From: the human T2T-CHM13v2.0 reference genome, Homo sapiens
Length of the DNA stretch: 64,000 nt
Reading direction: 5' to 3' (one strand)
Assembly (NCBI RefSeq): GCF_009914755.1
Contig: NC_060940.1
The translations under genes were made by a program, and so were the position numbers. Positions 1 to 17,051 of the stretch are shown piece after piece; positions within the stretch are counted from its first letter, which is position 1; every line of letters starts with the position of its first letter. Under the pieces are notes generated by a model. The model did no database searches. It worked only from the letters and a program-made list of their open reading frames with translations, and was not told where the DNA came from.

Positions 1-712
<712 letters not shown>

Positions 713-715
713 GGC

Positions 716-892
716 CAGTAGTTCTCAACTTGGCTGCAGACAGAATCACCTGAACGTTTTTTTTTTAACAATCACACCAACTCTCTGCCTTTCCCCAAAT
801 TCTTAATTGAATGGTTCAGGGTAGGCATCGGCAGTTTTAGAAGCTCCAGGGTGCTTCTAAATGTGCATTCAGGGTTGAGACCTGCTGTTCTG
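716..892. mobile_element. MER5A-like hAT-Charlie MITE
   Basis: cagtagttctcaacttggctgca...cagggttgagacc. Confidence 0.75.
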
Positions 893-1494
893 GGGTGTAC
901 ATTGGGGATGTTGGTGTTGCAATGACTGGGCCAAAAGAAGAACCCAACCCCGTGTTTTACCAGGCTCTGCCCAATTGCCTTTCAAGGTGACTGAACTGAT
1001 CTACATCCTGCTGGCAGTGTGTGAGCGAATAATGACTGTTTTGTGTGAACAAGTGACTACCAGTCACTGCAGGTCAGTGAACCAGAGCGTTCTCCACTGC
1101 ACAAACTGCCTCCAAGTGGCTCATCACCATGGGCTACAGCCCACAAACGTCTGAGCTTGGAATGCTTTGTGTCCTTAGGTGGCAGCTTGGTGCAGCTGAA
1201 AAGGTGCCAGGCTGCTAATGGGACAATTCGGAGTCCAGTTCAGACCCAGGTTCTACCTTGCTATGTGTCCTCCCAGGTCACATCCCCACACTGAGCCTCA
1301 GCATCCCTGCCCTTGGAGGGAGGAGAGCTGGAAACTCACCTGCGGTCATTTTCATGTTTCTCTTCTGTCTGAGCCACACGTTACTTGCAGCCTGTGGTCT
1401 GAGCATGGGCGTTAGAGCCCAGTCCTGAATAGTTTCTGCACTGTGGGCCCTGTTGGTATCTGGGGAAGCCTATTACCCTTCTCAGAGCAATGTT

Positions 1495-2134
1495 TCTTTT
1501 TCTTCTCTTTTCTTTCTTTTCTTTTCTTTCATTTTTTGTTTGAGACAGAGTCTCGCTCTGTCACTGAGGCTGGAGTGCAGTGGCATGATCTTGGCTCACT
1601 GCAACCTCTACATCCTGGGTTCGAGTGATTATCCTGCCTTAGTCTCCTGAGTAGCTGGGATTACAGGTGCCTGCCACCACGCCCGGCTAATTTTTGTATT
1701 TTTAGTAGTGATGGGGTTTCACCATGCTGGCCAGGCTGGTCTCAGACAGCTGACCTCAGGTGATCCACCCGCCTTGGCCTCCCAAAGTGCTGGGATTACA
1801 GGCGTGAGCCACCTCGCCCGGCCTTTTTTTTTTTTTTTTTTTTTTAGAGACGGAGTGTCCCTGTGTCCCTCTGTCACCTAGGCTGGAGTGCAGTGGCTTC
1901 ATCTCAGCTCACTGACCTCCGCCTCCCAGGTTCAAGTGCTTCTCCTGCCTCAGTCTCCCAAGTAGCTGGGACTATAGGCATGCACCACCACGCCCAGCTA
2001 ATTTTTGTGTTTTTCAGTAGAGATAGGGTTTCACCATGTTGGCCAGGCTGGTCTTGAACTCCTGGCCTCAAGTGATCTGCCTGCCTTGGCCTCCCAGAGC
2101 ACTGGGATTACAGGTGTGAGCCACTGCTCCCAGC
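1495..2134 (-). mobile_element. Two tandem AluS elements (1495-1822, 1824-2134)
   Basis: Two antisense Alus inside one TSD ctc(a/t)gagcaatgtttct (1481-1497, 2135-2151). Confidence 0.95.
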
Positions 2135-2164
2135 CTCTGAGCAATGTTTCTAAATATGAAATCC

Positions 2165-2578
2165 AAAGGCTTGTGAAGACAACTGATTATATGGAAATAC
2201 AGCTGATATAAATATTACAAAATTATTACAAAAATATTACAAAGCCAAACTGTGATATAGCAATACCCATGCCTCTTTATTAACACACCAAATAAGGCGA
2301 TCTGATGGTGGGTTGGCAACATTATTACGATTGCAGTTTAAAGCAGTGATGAGTGTAAATGATATTCCAACATCTTTGCAACAAATGTAACAGGACATGA
2401 AAATATCTGTGATTCCTGTTGGTGACAAAGTTACAGGTTCTGTTGACACGACGGCAGTTTGCTGCCTACACTCATAATGGAAAGAATTGCTACATTGCAG
2501 TTTGATGTTAGTAAAATTAAGAGGTCTATTTTTTCTTCCGAGTTCATTGAGTTCATTGATTGCAGGTTACTGGCCCTT
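2165..2578 (-). mobile_element. hAT-Charlie DNA transposon fragment (MER20B-like)
   Basis: gatgagtgtaaatgatatt...aaatatctgtgatt...ggtgacaaagt resembles recalled consensus. Confidence 0.55.
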
Positions 2579-2583
2579 GCTAG

Positions 2584-3070
<487 letters not shown>

Positions 3071-3480
3071 AGACATGGGTTTCAATCTCTGCTCTATAGC
3101 TTCCTGTGTGGGTGCATTTGGGTAAATTCCTTTTCTTTCCTGAGTCTCAGTTTCCTCAACTGTAAAATGCATGTAAGACAGTGAGCTCCTAGGGTGCTGG
3201 GAAGAGTAAATGTGACAAATCAAATTCAACACACATTTGTAGAGAACTTTTGATGTGCTCAGGGCCATTTTCGGTGCCAGGATGCTGGACCGAATGAGAA
3301 GGGCAAAATCCTTGCCCCTCTGGAGTTTACAGTTCGGGGGCAGAGACAATGAATAATGAGGCAGATAAGTAAATAACGGTTTCAGATAATACTAAGGGCA
3401 ATGAAGAAAATAGTACAGGTGATATGAAAGGGAACAAATGCCTGGTGCAGGTGACATTAAATAGGGCAATTAGGTAATAA
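3071..3480. mobile_element. MIR and L2 fragments
   Basis: MIR core ctcagtttcctcaactgtaaaatg; L2 motif ccttgcccctctggagtttacagt. Confidence 0.65.
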
Positions 3481-4262
3481 TACAGACAGAAATGAACAAT
3501 ATTGATGCATAAGACGAGAGAATGTATTTGAAGTATCAGCTCGGCACCTGGTACGTGGTGTATGTTCCATTTGTGCTGGCCACGGTGATGATGATGATGA
3601 TGCCATCTCTCCGGCTACACTGCGAGCACAGATCACAGCTCTCTGTAGCTGATGCTGGCTCTACCCACTGTATTCGGGGCTGGATGAAGGTGGGGCCATG
3701 GAAGCGTTCTACACAAGAACTCAGCAGTCCTGTTGGAGCCAGATTGGAAGGAAGCAGGTCTGATTAAAGGAAGATAAAGTCTTCTCTCTGCTAAGTCTCG
3801 CAGGGAGAGCTAGGCAATCAATAGGTCTCGCAGATCAGTGGAGGGTGCTTGGAATCTGGCAGCATGGGGCTTTTTAATTAAACCTATAACTGTGAGAAAA
3901 GGTAACTGCCTTATTTCTGCAGCTTGTGTTTCTGTCTGCCTGCCAGAAACTGAACAAATCAATGCACTTCCAGAGGTTCTGAGGATCTTGACAAGGGGGC
4001 CTCTGGTTTTGGGATGGCCAGACCCTGCAGGGATAAACTCTCGAGTGGCCAGGGTGTCAGGTACCAATTCTGGAGGGTCAGGTGTTGCCTTTTACATTTA
4101 AATACCCATAGCAGGTGTGATTAGCAACTGCAATTCAGGGGAAGGCGAGGCCCCTTCCCAGCCAGCAGCAGCTTGCCTTCCAGGATTTTATACCAAGCTG
4201 GCCCCCTACCACCACAAGATGTCAACATTCCTTTTTTTAATAGAAGATTTTCTTTTATTGTG

Positions 4263-4594
<332 letters not shown>

Positions 4595-4604
4595 TTATGC
4601 TGTT

Positions 4605-4760
4605 TAGGGTATGGTCCATGCACCAGCATCACAGCATCATCTGCTGGGAATGTGTCAGAGATACAGAACTCCAGCCCCACCCCAGACCTACTCAGTTAGA
4701 ATCTGCATTTTAACCAGATCATCAGGAATTCATATGCATATTGATGTGTGAGAGGCACTG
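4605..4760. mobile_element. MER5A-like MITE
   Basis: ccccaccccagacctactcagttagaatctgcattttaac. Confidence 0.75.
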
Positions 4761-4779
4761 AAATTGAACATACATATGA

Positions 4780-5480
<701 letters not shown>

Positions 5481-5521
5481 GATGATGATATAGAATATTC
5501 ACATAGAAAATGCATGAAACA

Positions 5522-5836
5522 GGCTGGGCACAGTGGCTCACGCCTGTAATCCCAGCACTTTGGGAGGACAAGGTGGGCAGATCACCTAAGGTCAGGAGTT
5601 TGAGACCAGCCTGGCCAACATGGCGAAACCCCGTCTCTACTAAAAAATACAAAAGTTAGCTGGGCATGGTGGTGGGCGCCTGTAATCCCCGCTACTCAGG
5701 AGGCTGAGGCAGGGAGAATTGCTTGAACCTGGAAGGCAGAGGTTATAGTGAACTGAGATCACGCCACTGCACTCCAGCCTGGGCGACAGAGCAAGATTCT
5801 GTCTCAAATTAAAAAAAAAAAAAAAAAAAAGAAAAA
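5522..5836 (+). mobile_element. Alu (AluS)
   Basis: Sense Alu, TSD gaaatgcatgaaaca. Confidence 0.95.
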
Positions 5837-5974
5837 GAAATGCATGAAACAGGAAGGTGTTGTGATGAGCATTAGTTCAAGTGGACATCCATAAATCTGT
5901 TACCAGGTCATTACCGGCTCCTGCCCTCTGTCAGAACCTCTGCCCCAGAGTAATTTCTTCCCTCCCATTCTCTG

Positions 5975-6115
5975 GGGCGCTCTCACCCCTAGCTGCCTAT
6001 GGAATCGCCTGGGAAAACTTTACAAAACAATGCAGTTGAGCCTCCTCCAGTCCAATGAAAACATACTCCCTGGGAGTGCGCACAGGTGATTCTAATGTGC
6101 GACCTTAGCTGCCCT
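5975..6115. mobile_element. MER5-like MITE
   Basis: gctgcctatggaatcgcctggg...caggtgattctaatgtgc. Confidence 0.6.
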
Positions 6116-6256
6116 AGCTTTTCAGGTGAATGCCATATTTGTGCTTGAATTTCTCAACGAGCTTACTGCTGCTTACATCCAACAGGCAATTTCACTTTCT
6201 CATCAAGGGACTGAGTTGCTGGACTGTTGTATAAGCACAGGTTACATTGCAACCCA

Positions 6257-6393
6257 TTTTTTTCCTTTTTTTTTTTTTTTTGTTTGAGACTATGTTTCGC
6301 CGTGTTGCCTAGGCTGGACTCAAACTTCTGGGCTCAAGTGATCCTCTCTCTTCAGCCTCTTGAGGAGATGGGGCTTTAGCTACCGTGCCTGGC
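6257..6393 (-). mobile_element. FLAM/Alu monomer
   Basis: Antisense left monomer, TSD ttgcaacccattttt on both sides. Confidence 0.9.
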
Positions 6394-6439
6394 TTGCAAC
6401 CCATTTTTGAAACTAATGGGTTTTTGTGTATTTGTGATA

Positions 6440-6670
6440 AATGTGTATCTACCACATATTGAGTGCTTTCCATTTCTCTGGAACTGTGCTAAGTACTTTA
6501 TTTTATTTAATCCCCAAAACGATTGTGGGGTCAGCATCCCTGTCCCTATTATACTGATGAAGAAACAGGCTCAGAGAGACTATGTGGCTTGCTTCAGGTC
6601 ACCCAGTTTAAAAAGTGCTGAGTGTGGATTGGGTTCATAGCTCTCTGACTTAATGCTCTTAAGCATCATT
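6440..6670 (-). mobile_element. MIR
   Basis: gatgaagaaacaggctcagagag core. Confidence 0.75.
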
Positions 6671-7244
6671 TTGTGCCGTTCATTCAGGGTCTTGATTGAA
6701 GAGTTGAGGGCCAGTTAGCCACCCACAATGAACTGGAAGTAAACATGGAGAGGTCGTCACAGTGTCACTCGAGGCACACTTAAGTGGTGTGCCTTGGAGC
6801 TGAGTTTCCGTCTTTGTCAAATGGGGACAGCACTGTTTTGTCTTCTCTGGCTGACAACCTCTTACTCATCTCTCAAAAGTGCGTCAGTTGTCACAGAATG
6901 GGGAAGCCGGAAAGCTCCTCTGAATTTCAAGGGACCTCCTGGCTAAAGCAGAATTAGTCATGTCCTCCTCTAGCCTCACAGACCACTTGTCCAGGTCTCT
7001 GAGAGCAGTCGACAGGAGCCCTACACTTGTCATGTGAGACACTGGCGCGTCTAAGAACAGGTGCTGTTTTGTAGCTATTTCTCTGTCTGCAGAGTCCAGC
7101 CCAGGGGCTGGAGCATGGCAGGGGCCCCTGCATGTCTGCAATTTGAATGAAAGACGAGGGTACTGCTCAAACACCAAAGCTTTGGTCAGAGCCTAGGATG
7201 TACTGACACAGGACCCTTTGGGCAGAGATATATCACACACAGCC

Positions 7245-7410
7245 ACAGGAGAGTGGTTAGGAACCTGGACTCTGAATGAAGACTGCCTGGGTTCAAGTCC
7301 AAGCTCTGCCACTTACAAGCTGAATGACCTTGGGCAAGTTATCTCACTTCCCTGGGCCTCCCTTTCCTCATCTGAAAAAATGGCTACATTGCAGCCTTGT
7401 TATAAGGATT
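7245..7410 (+). mobile_element. MIR
   Basis: gactgcctgggttcaagtccaagctctgccactta...gaccttgggcaagtta. Confidence 0.85.
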
Positions 7411-7414
7411 GAAT

Positions 7415-7890
<476 letters not shown>

Positions 7891-7929
7891 ATGAGTTTGT
7901 ATTTTAAAAGCACTTCAATGATGCCTGGC

Positions 7930-8166
7930 ACTCTGGTGCCAGGGGCCAAAGGAAAAGTTAGTAATACCAATCATTTCCTGAAGACTGTGATATTTGTTTA
8001 TCATGGGTATTTTTGCATTAATTTTGCATTAATTTTTTCATTCTTTTTCGTTTTTAAACATATTGCATCCAAGTGTTATTTATCTTGATGACTGGGTGTT
8101 TGGTGCCTCCTTAAATTTTGCTCCCGGGGAGAATGTCTCACTTGCCTCTCCCTCATCCCGGTCCTG
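7930..8166 (-). mobile_element. hAT MITE (MER96B-like)
   Basis: tttggtgcctccttaaattttgc...cacttgcctc...ccggtcctg terminus. Confidence 0.6.
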
Positions 8167-8310
8167 GCACCTAAGAAGCAACACATCAGTTCTCATTTGT
8201 CTGGAGGGAGCTCAGCATCATTATATGTATTTAAAGAAAAAGATGAATGTGTATATATTACCAATACTTATTCAGAATCTACAAAACTCTGAGCACTGGG
8301 GATGGGACTG

Positions 8311-8864
8311 TGTGATGGTTAATACCGAGTGTCAACTTGATTGGATTGAAGGATGCAAAGTATTGTTCCTGGGTGTCTGTGAGGGTGTTGCCAAAGGAGA
8401 TGAACATTTGAGTCAATGGACTGGGAAAGGCAGACCCACCCTCAATCTGGGTGGATACCATCTAATCAGCTACCAGCATGGCCAGAATAAAAGCAGGAAG
8501 ATGGACATGGAAGGACTTGACTTGCTGAGTCTTCTGGCCTTCATCTTTCTCCCATGCTGGATGCTTCCTGCCCAACATAAGACTCAAAGTCTTCAGTTTT
8601 TGGACTCTTAGACCTACACCAGTGTTTGCCAGGGGCTCTCGGACCTTAGGCCACAGACGGAAGGCTGCACCGTCTGCTTCCCCACTTTTGAGGTGTTGGG
8701 ACTTGGACTGATCCACTACTGGCTTCCTTGCTCCTCAACTTGCAGACGGCCTATCGTGGGACTTTACCTTGTGATTGTGTGAGTCAATTCTCCTTAATAC
8801 ACTCCCTTTCATATACACATATATCCTATTAGTTCTGTCCTTCTAGAGAACCCTGACTAATACA
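8311..8864 (+). mobile_element. ERVL solo LTR, MLT2A2-like
   Basis: TG...CA ends (tgtgatggttaatac...gactaataca), 554 bp, 5-bp TSD gactg/ggctg. Confidence 0.9.
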
Positions 8865-8929
8865 GGCTGGGAATGAGACATTCTCAGCCACGGTCTTTGA
8901 CCTCAAGGAGTTGACAGATCACTGATTAT

Positions 8930-9485
<556 letters not shown>

Positions 9486-10189
9486 CTGTGAACCCAGTCT
9501 TTTAGACTTTCTACCACGGTATTTGGGTAAGTCCAGAGCTCTGTCCCCATCTTCTGCAAGAACATCTTGAAAGCTGAAGTTATCAGATGGATTTTTCTGG
9601 GAGTTCCATTGCTGAGTTCCTCTGATTCATGTCTCAGGAAGCTGGAGTCTAGACGTGGCGGGGCCTGTGGGAGGTGGCCCTCCCCTTTTCAGAGTGGATC
9701 TGTGCAGCCATCTGCCATCACCCATTCCTGTGGGGGAAAACACAGATTTTCCTGTGTTAAAAAATCTCTGAGACAAGACTTTGGCAGGATCTGAACAGAC
9801 TGGCGAAGTGGCTCCAGGATTTCCTGGAAAAGGATGAGAAGGGGGAAAGAGAGGGCAAAGGAGAGGAGGAGAGAGTGGGAGGGAAAGAAGGAGGTCAGGG
9901 AGAAGAAAAATGAGCAGGAAGAGCCAGCAGACAGCCTCCCAGGTGGATGTCTTTGAAGGTAACTGAAATGCATGGTGGGGTTTTCCCAAAGGGTTTCTGT
10001 TAGACATTTCCCACTCCCAGTAGGGAAACTGGCTTCCCTAATCAGGGAAGGGCAGTTCAGGGCAGTGGAGCAGTGGGTGTCGATAATGCCCATCTTGCAG
10101 ACTAGTTGCGAAGTTCCAGTGAGATTGAATATCTGAAGTGTAGTGTTGGCACACAATAGGTATTCAACAATGTCAGTTCAGTTCTCTCC

Positions 10190-10876
<687 letters not shown>

Positions 10877-11101
10877 TTATCCATTCACTCAGCACAGTGA
10901 GCACCTAAGTGTGCCAAGCACTGTCCAAGGTACTGGAGATATAACAGTGAACAAAACAGACAAAAGCCCCTGCCCTCGTGGAGCTGAGATTCTACTGCGG
11001 TAGGAAAAAGTAAAAAAGAAATAGATAATATTATAGGAACTTAGAGAGCTGTGAAAGCTAAGGATAAACAAAGCAGAGAAGGAGGATGAGGGGATGTTAG
11101 G

Positions 11102-11554
11102 GATATTGGTTTCCTAGTTTTTTCTGCTATAACAAATTACAGCATGAATCTAGGGGCTTTAAACAACCCATATGTGTTATCTTATAGTTCTGGAGGTCAG
11201 AACTCTAAAATGGATCAGCAGGGCTGTATTTCTTCGGGAAGCTCTAGGGGAGAAACCATTTCCTTGCCTTTTCTGGTTTCTAGAGGCTTCCTGCATTCCT
11301 TGGATCATGGCCCTACGTCATTCTGATCTACATCACTCCTCAGTCTCTGACCCTCTTGCTTCCCTTTTATAAGAGCCTTTGCAATTAGATTGAGCCATAC
11401 AGATAATCTAGGATAATCTCCTCATCTCAAAATCCTTACTTTAATCACATCTGCAACCTCCTTTTTACCATGTAAAGTAACATTCACAGGTTCTGGGTAT
11501 CAGCATGTGGACATATTTGGGGAGGGGGTAGTTGTGAATTATTCTGTCTACCAC
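11102..11554 (-). mobile_element. MaLR LTR (MLT1C/D-like)
   Basis: gttctggaggtcagaa...taatcacatctgcaa...ctgtctaccaca. Confidence 0.85.
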
Positions 11555-11593
11555 AGGAACAGAGATTTTAGATAAGGTGGCCAGGAAATAGCT

Positions 11594-11890
11594 TATTTAT
11601 TTATTTGTTTTTAGAGACAGGGTCTCACTCTGTCACCCAGGCTGGAGGGCAGTGGTACAATCATAGCTCACTGCATCCTTGAACTGTGGGCTCAAGTGAA
11701 CTTCCCACTTCAGCCTCCTGAGTAGCTGGGACTACAGGTGTGTGCCATCACACCCGGCTATTTTCTTTTTTTGTAGAGACAGGGTCTTGCTATGTTGCTC
11801 AGGCTGGTCTCAACCTCCTAGGCCCAAGTGATACTCCCGCCTCAGCATCCCAAAGTGTTGGGATTACAGGCACAAGCCACCACGCCTTCC
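11594..11890 (-). mobile_element. AluJ
   Basis: Antisense Alu consensus. Confidence 0.92.
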
Positions 11891-12247
11891 CAGAAGAACT
11901 TATTGATGTGACTTTTGAGTAGGGACCTGAAGGAAGTGACGGATAGACACCTGGGGAGAGAACCTTCCAGGGAGAGGAAATGTTAGTGCAAAGGCTCTGA
12001 GGAGAGAGTACAATGAGTGTCTGTGTTTGAGGACCAGCGGGGAGGCCAGAAAGGTCACAGCAGGGAGATCCAGGGGCAGAAAGACAGGAACTGAGGTCAA
12101 AGAGGTCCTATGGGTGGGGGTAAGGGAGAGGTCATGAAAGGCCTTATAGATGATTGTGAGAAAAATGTCTTCCTCTGAATGAGACGGAAAACCATAAGAC
12201 AGTTTCTCTAAGCACCTGTTCAATAACTGACTATGAAAGAAAATCTG

Positions 12248-12570
12248 GGCCAGGCACAGTGGCTCATGCTTGTAATCCCAGCACTTTTTGAGGCTGAGGC
12301 GGGTGGATCACTTGAGGCCAGGAGTTTGAGACCACCATGGGCAACATAGGGAGACCCTGTTTCTGCAAAAATAAAAACAAAAAATTAGCCTGATGTGGTG
12401 GCGCACACCTGCAGTTCCAGCTATTTGGGAGGCTGAGGTGGGAGGATTGCTTATGCCCAGCAGTTTGAAGTTTGAGGCTGCAGTGAGCTTTGATGGTGCC
12501 ACTCCAGCTTGGGTGACAGAACAAGACCTTGTGTTTCTAAAAAAAACCCAAAAAAACCCAAAAAAAACTA
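12248..12570 (+). mobile_element. AluJ
   Basis: Sense Alu consensus. Confidence 0.92.
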
Positions 12571-12799
12571 AAAGAGATAAGTGAAAAGAGAAGTGCAAAA
12601 TGAGGTGTAAACATGTAAAAAGGTGTAAGGAAATATGGAAGGGACACAATTGACAAGAGACCAGAAAATTCATAGAATGAAGTCTTCAATGTGTGAAGGG
12701 AAAGGGCTAACATAATTATGTTTCAAAGAATTCAAACAAATCACTAAGACAAGTCCCTGAATCTGGGTAGAAAAACAAGCAAAGGGGTGCGAACCGTCA

Positions 12800-13195
12800 A
12801 CTCACTAAAGAGAAAATGCAATTAGCTAAGCACATGGGAAAAGTCAGCCTAACTAGTAATCAAAGAAATGCAAATTAAAACAACAAACCGTTATATTTTC
12901 ACCTCATAAAGATTCTGAAAATGAGAATCCTGGCTTTGGCCTTGGTGGAATGAAATAGGTGCAAGAACCCTGGCAGTGGGAATTGGAAATCTGATTATTT
13001 TGGGAAACAGTTTGACACTGGGTAGCAAAACCTTAAACATGGGCATCCTCATTGGCCCAATAAGTCAATTTTTGGCAATCTAGCCCAAGGAAATAATTTT
13101 AAATCTGGAGAGAGCCTTATGCATTGCTGCCAAACAGGAGAAACAACTAAACTGTGAGCAATAGGTTAAATAGGCCACGGTGCTCATTCTTTTGA
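12800..13195 (+). mobile_element. Old L1ME fragment
   Basis: actagtaatcaaagaaatgcaaattaaaacaac (L1 ORF2 3' end motif). Confidence 0.7.
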
Positions 13196-13199
13196 TATT

Positions 13200-13892
13200 T
13201 TTGTCAATCATATGAATTAGGTGCCAGTTATGTGCCAGGCACTGTTCTAGGTGCCAGGAATACAGCAGTGAACAGAACATCTTGAACTCCTTGCCCTTCA
13301 TGGGGTTCTGATTCTAGTGAGGGAGCAGGAGAGCAAATAAGAACAGATATGAAGATGCTACATGATGGGGGACAAAGTAGGGCAATGTCACAGAGAGTGG
13401 AGGGGACTGCAGGGTGGACAACCACCAGTTTGCTGGGGACATTCAGTTTTAAGGCTGGGGCAGCCCTGGACAAACTGGGATGAGCTAGTCACACTAAGAG
13501 GGTCATCCTTGTGATGGGAGTGGTCAGGGTCTTGTCCTCTGAGGAGGTAGGATTTGGTTAGGGACTCAATGCAATGAGGGAGTGAACGATGGGAGTGCTG
13601 GCTGAGTAGGTTTCCAGGCTGACAGAACAATACCTGCAAAGGCCCGGAGGAAGGAGTGTTCCTGGGGCAATGTGAGGGACTTGCACAAGGCTGGAGTGTC
13701 TGGGGCATAGCATGAAGGAGGATGGTGGTAAGATATAGATTTCAGAGAGGGAAACTCTTGACTCTTGCAGGGAAAGGAAGAAGTTTGGATTTTATTTTAA
13801 ATCCAGTGAAAGCCTATGGAGGTTAAGCAGGGAAGCAACATGGTAAAATTTATGCTTTTAGAAAGACGACTCTGGCTGCTGTGTGGAGAAGG
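13200..13892 (-). mobile_element. L2 fragment (continues after 16236); MER94-like insert near 13410-13490
   Basis: tgtgccaggcactgttctagg...actctggctgctgtgtggagaa. Confidence 0.75.
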
Positions 13893-13974
13893 TGATGCAG
13901 GACAAGTAAGCCCCAAAGTTGGGGCTTAGCTTGGGAGGGTTCTTGGCTTCACCCAGGAAAGAATTCCAGGGTGA

Positions 13975-14282
<308 letters not shown>

Positions 14283-14601
14283 TAGACACTTTTATTGAAG
14301 CAGCAGTGCACAGCAGCAGCAGAGGGACTGCTCCTCACAGAGCAGGGCTACCCCATAGGCAGTGTGCCCAGAGTAGCAGCTCAGAGGCAGTTCTGCAGTC
14401 ATATTTATACCCACTTTTAATGATATGCAAATTAAGGGGGGATTTATGCAGACATTTCTAGAAAAAAGTTGGTAACTTCCGGGTTGTTGGGTCATTGCCA
14501 TGGAAAGGGGCAGTAACTCCTGGGTGTTGCCATGGCAATGGTAAACTGACATGCCACGCTGGTGAGAGTGTCTGTTGGAAAGCTGCTTCCACTTTGGCCC
14601 T

Positions 14602-14606
<5 letters not shown>

Positions 14607-14651
<45 letters not shown>

Positions 14652-16152
14652 GTATTTATTGATCATTCTTGGGTGTTTCTCGCAGAGGGGGATTTGGCAG
14701 GGTCATAGGACAATAGTGGAGGGAAGGTCAGCAGATAAACATGTGAACAAGGGTCTCTGGTTTTCCTAGGCAGAGGGCCCTGTGGCTTTCTGCAGTGTTT
14801 GTGTCCCTGGGTACTTGAGATTAGGGAGTGGTGATGACTCTTAAGGAGCATGCTGCCTTCAAGCATCTGTTTAACAAAGCACATCTTGCACCGCCCTTAA
14901 TCCATTTAACCCTGAGTGGACACAGCACATGTTTCAGAGAGCACGGGGTTGGGGATAAGGTTACAGATTAACAGCGTCCCAAGGCAGAAGAATTTTTCTT
15001 AGTACAGAACGAAGTGGAGTCTCCTATGTCTACTTCTTTCTACACAGACACAGCAACAATCTGATCTCTCTTTCTTTTCCCCACATTTCTCCCTTTTCTA
15101 CTTGACAAAACCGCCGTCGTCACCATGGCCCGTTCCCAATGAGCTGCTGGGTACACCTCCCAGATGGGGTGGCGGCCGGGCAGAGGGGCTCCTCACTTCC
15201 CAGACGGGGCGGGGGGCAGAGGCGCCCCCCACCTCCCGGATGGGGCAGCTGGCCGGGCGGGGGCTGCCCCCACCTCCCTCCCGGACAGGGCGGCTGGCCG
15301 AGCGGGGGCTGCCCCCCACCTCCTGGACGGGGCGGCTGCCAGGCGGAGACGCTCCTCACTTCCCAGACGGGGCGGCCGGGCAGAGACACTCCTCACCTCC
15401 CAGACGGGGTGGCAGTCAGGCAGAGACACTCCTCAGATCCCAGACGGGGTCGCGGCTGGGCAGAAGCGCTCCTCACATCCCAGATGGGGCAGCGGGGCAG
15501 AGGCACTCCCCCCATCTCAGATGATGGGTGGCCGGGCAGAGACGCTCCTCACTTCCTAGACAGGACGGCGGCCGGGAAGAGGCGCTCCTCACTTCCCAGA
15601 CTGGGCGGCCGGGCAGAGGGGCTCCTCACATCCCAGACGATGGGTGGCCAGGCAGAGACACTCTTCACTTTCCAGACGGGGTGGCGGCTGGGCAGAGGCT
15701 GCAATCTCGGCACTTTGGGAGGCCAAGGCAGGCGGCTGGGAGGTGGAGGTTGTAGTGAGCCGAGATCACGCCACTGCACTCCAGCCTGGGCAACACTGAG
15801 CACTGAGTGAGCGAGACTCCATCTGCAGTGCCAGCACCTTGGGAGGCCCAGGCGGGCAGATCACTCGCGGTCAGGAGCTGGAGACCAGCCTGGCCAACAT
15901 GGCGAAACCCCGTCTCCACCAAAAAATACAAAAACCAGTCAGGTGTGGCAGTGTGCGCCTGCAATCCCAGGCACTCAGCAGGCTGAGGCAGGAGAATCAG
16001 GCAGGGAGGTTGCAGTGAGCCGAGATGGTGGCAGTACAGTCCAGCCTTGGCTTGGCATCAGAGGGAGACCGTGGAAAGTGGGAGACGGAGACGGGAGAGG
16101 GAGACGGGAGGGGGAGGGGGAGGGGGAGGGCAGGGGGAGGGGGAGGGAGAGG
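14607..16152 (-). mobile_element. Full-length SVA retrotransposon, older subfamily (SVA_A/B-like)
   Basis: Poly(T) to 14650, SINE-R ~14651-15150, GC-rich VNTR ~15150-15695, Alu-like ~15700-16075, hexamer repeat ~16080-16152; TSD ggccctgtttt (14596-606, 16153-163). Confidence 0.97.
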
Positions 16153-16307
16153 GGCCCTGTTTTATAGCTAGTCTTCAATTTGGTCTGGTGTCTGAGCCCC
16201 ACCTCTGGAGTTGAGTCCTGCCTCCTACCTCTAAGGCATGTTGGTGGATGCAGGGTAGTGGGCAGAATAGAATCATGTAGACCCCTTAGAAGGTTGTTGT
16301 AATCTAG

Positions 16308-16465
16308 GGCAGTGGTTCTCAATTTTAACCATGCATGAGCATTTCATGCAGGGGTTGTTAAAACTCAGCCTCCTGCCCCTGGAGTCTACGTCTGGAGTCT
16401 GCATCTCTGACTAGCTCCCAGGTGATGCCAGTGCTGCTGGTCCTGGACCACATTTTGAGTAGCTA
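16308..16465. mobile_element. MER5A-like MITE within L2
   Basis: gcagtggttctcaa...caggtgatgccagtgctgctggtcc...cacattttgagtag. Confidence 0.8.
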
Positions 16466-16688
16466 AAAGCTAGGAGAGAGATAATGGGGACTTGCAGTAA
16501 GGTGGTACCCCTGCTGAGGTTAGGAAGAGCTCTGGTCTGGGATGCATTTTGAAGTGAAACTATCAATCTCATTTCAGTTCCCTTTTAATCTGCTTACACC
16601 AAGGAGAATAGCTCAATTTGATACTAGTATGTTTCTAAGACTTTTCTGTATTTTAGCTAACAGAAAGCAGGCCTCAAAGTGTAGAGCA

Positions 16689-17051
<363 letters not shown>

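Larger units (their letters stand above)
10880..12230 (-). mobile_element. L2 fragments interrupted by MLT1 and Alu
   Basis: cattcactcagcac...gtgccaagcactgt...aacaaaacagacaaaagcccctgccctcgtggagct. Confidence 0.75.

Noticed and set aside
6257-6393. 7SL-like RNA gene
   Set aside because: Alu monomer with tail and TSD; no SRP S-domain
8063-8611. 182-aa ORF
   Set aside because: Non-ATG start; runs across a hAT MITE and an MLT2A LTR with no recognisable domain
15098-16322. Cluster of overlapping GC-rich ORFs and CpG-island-like composition
   Set aside because: Entirely SVA VNTR and Alu-like domains; not a gene or a genic CpG island
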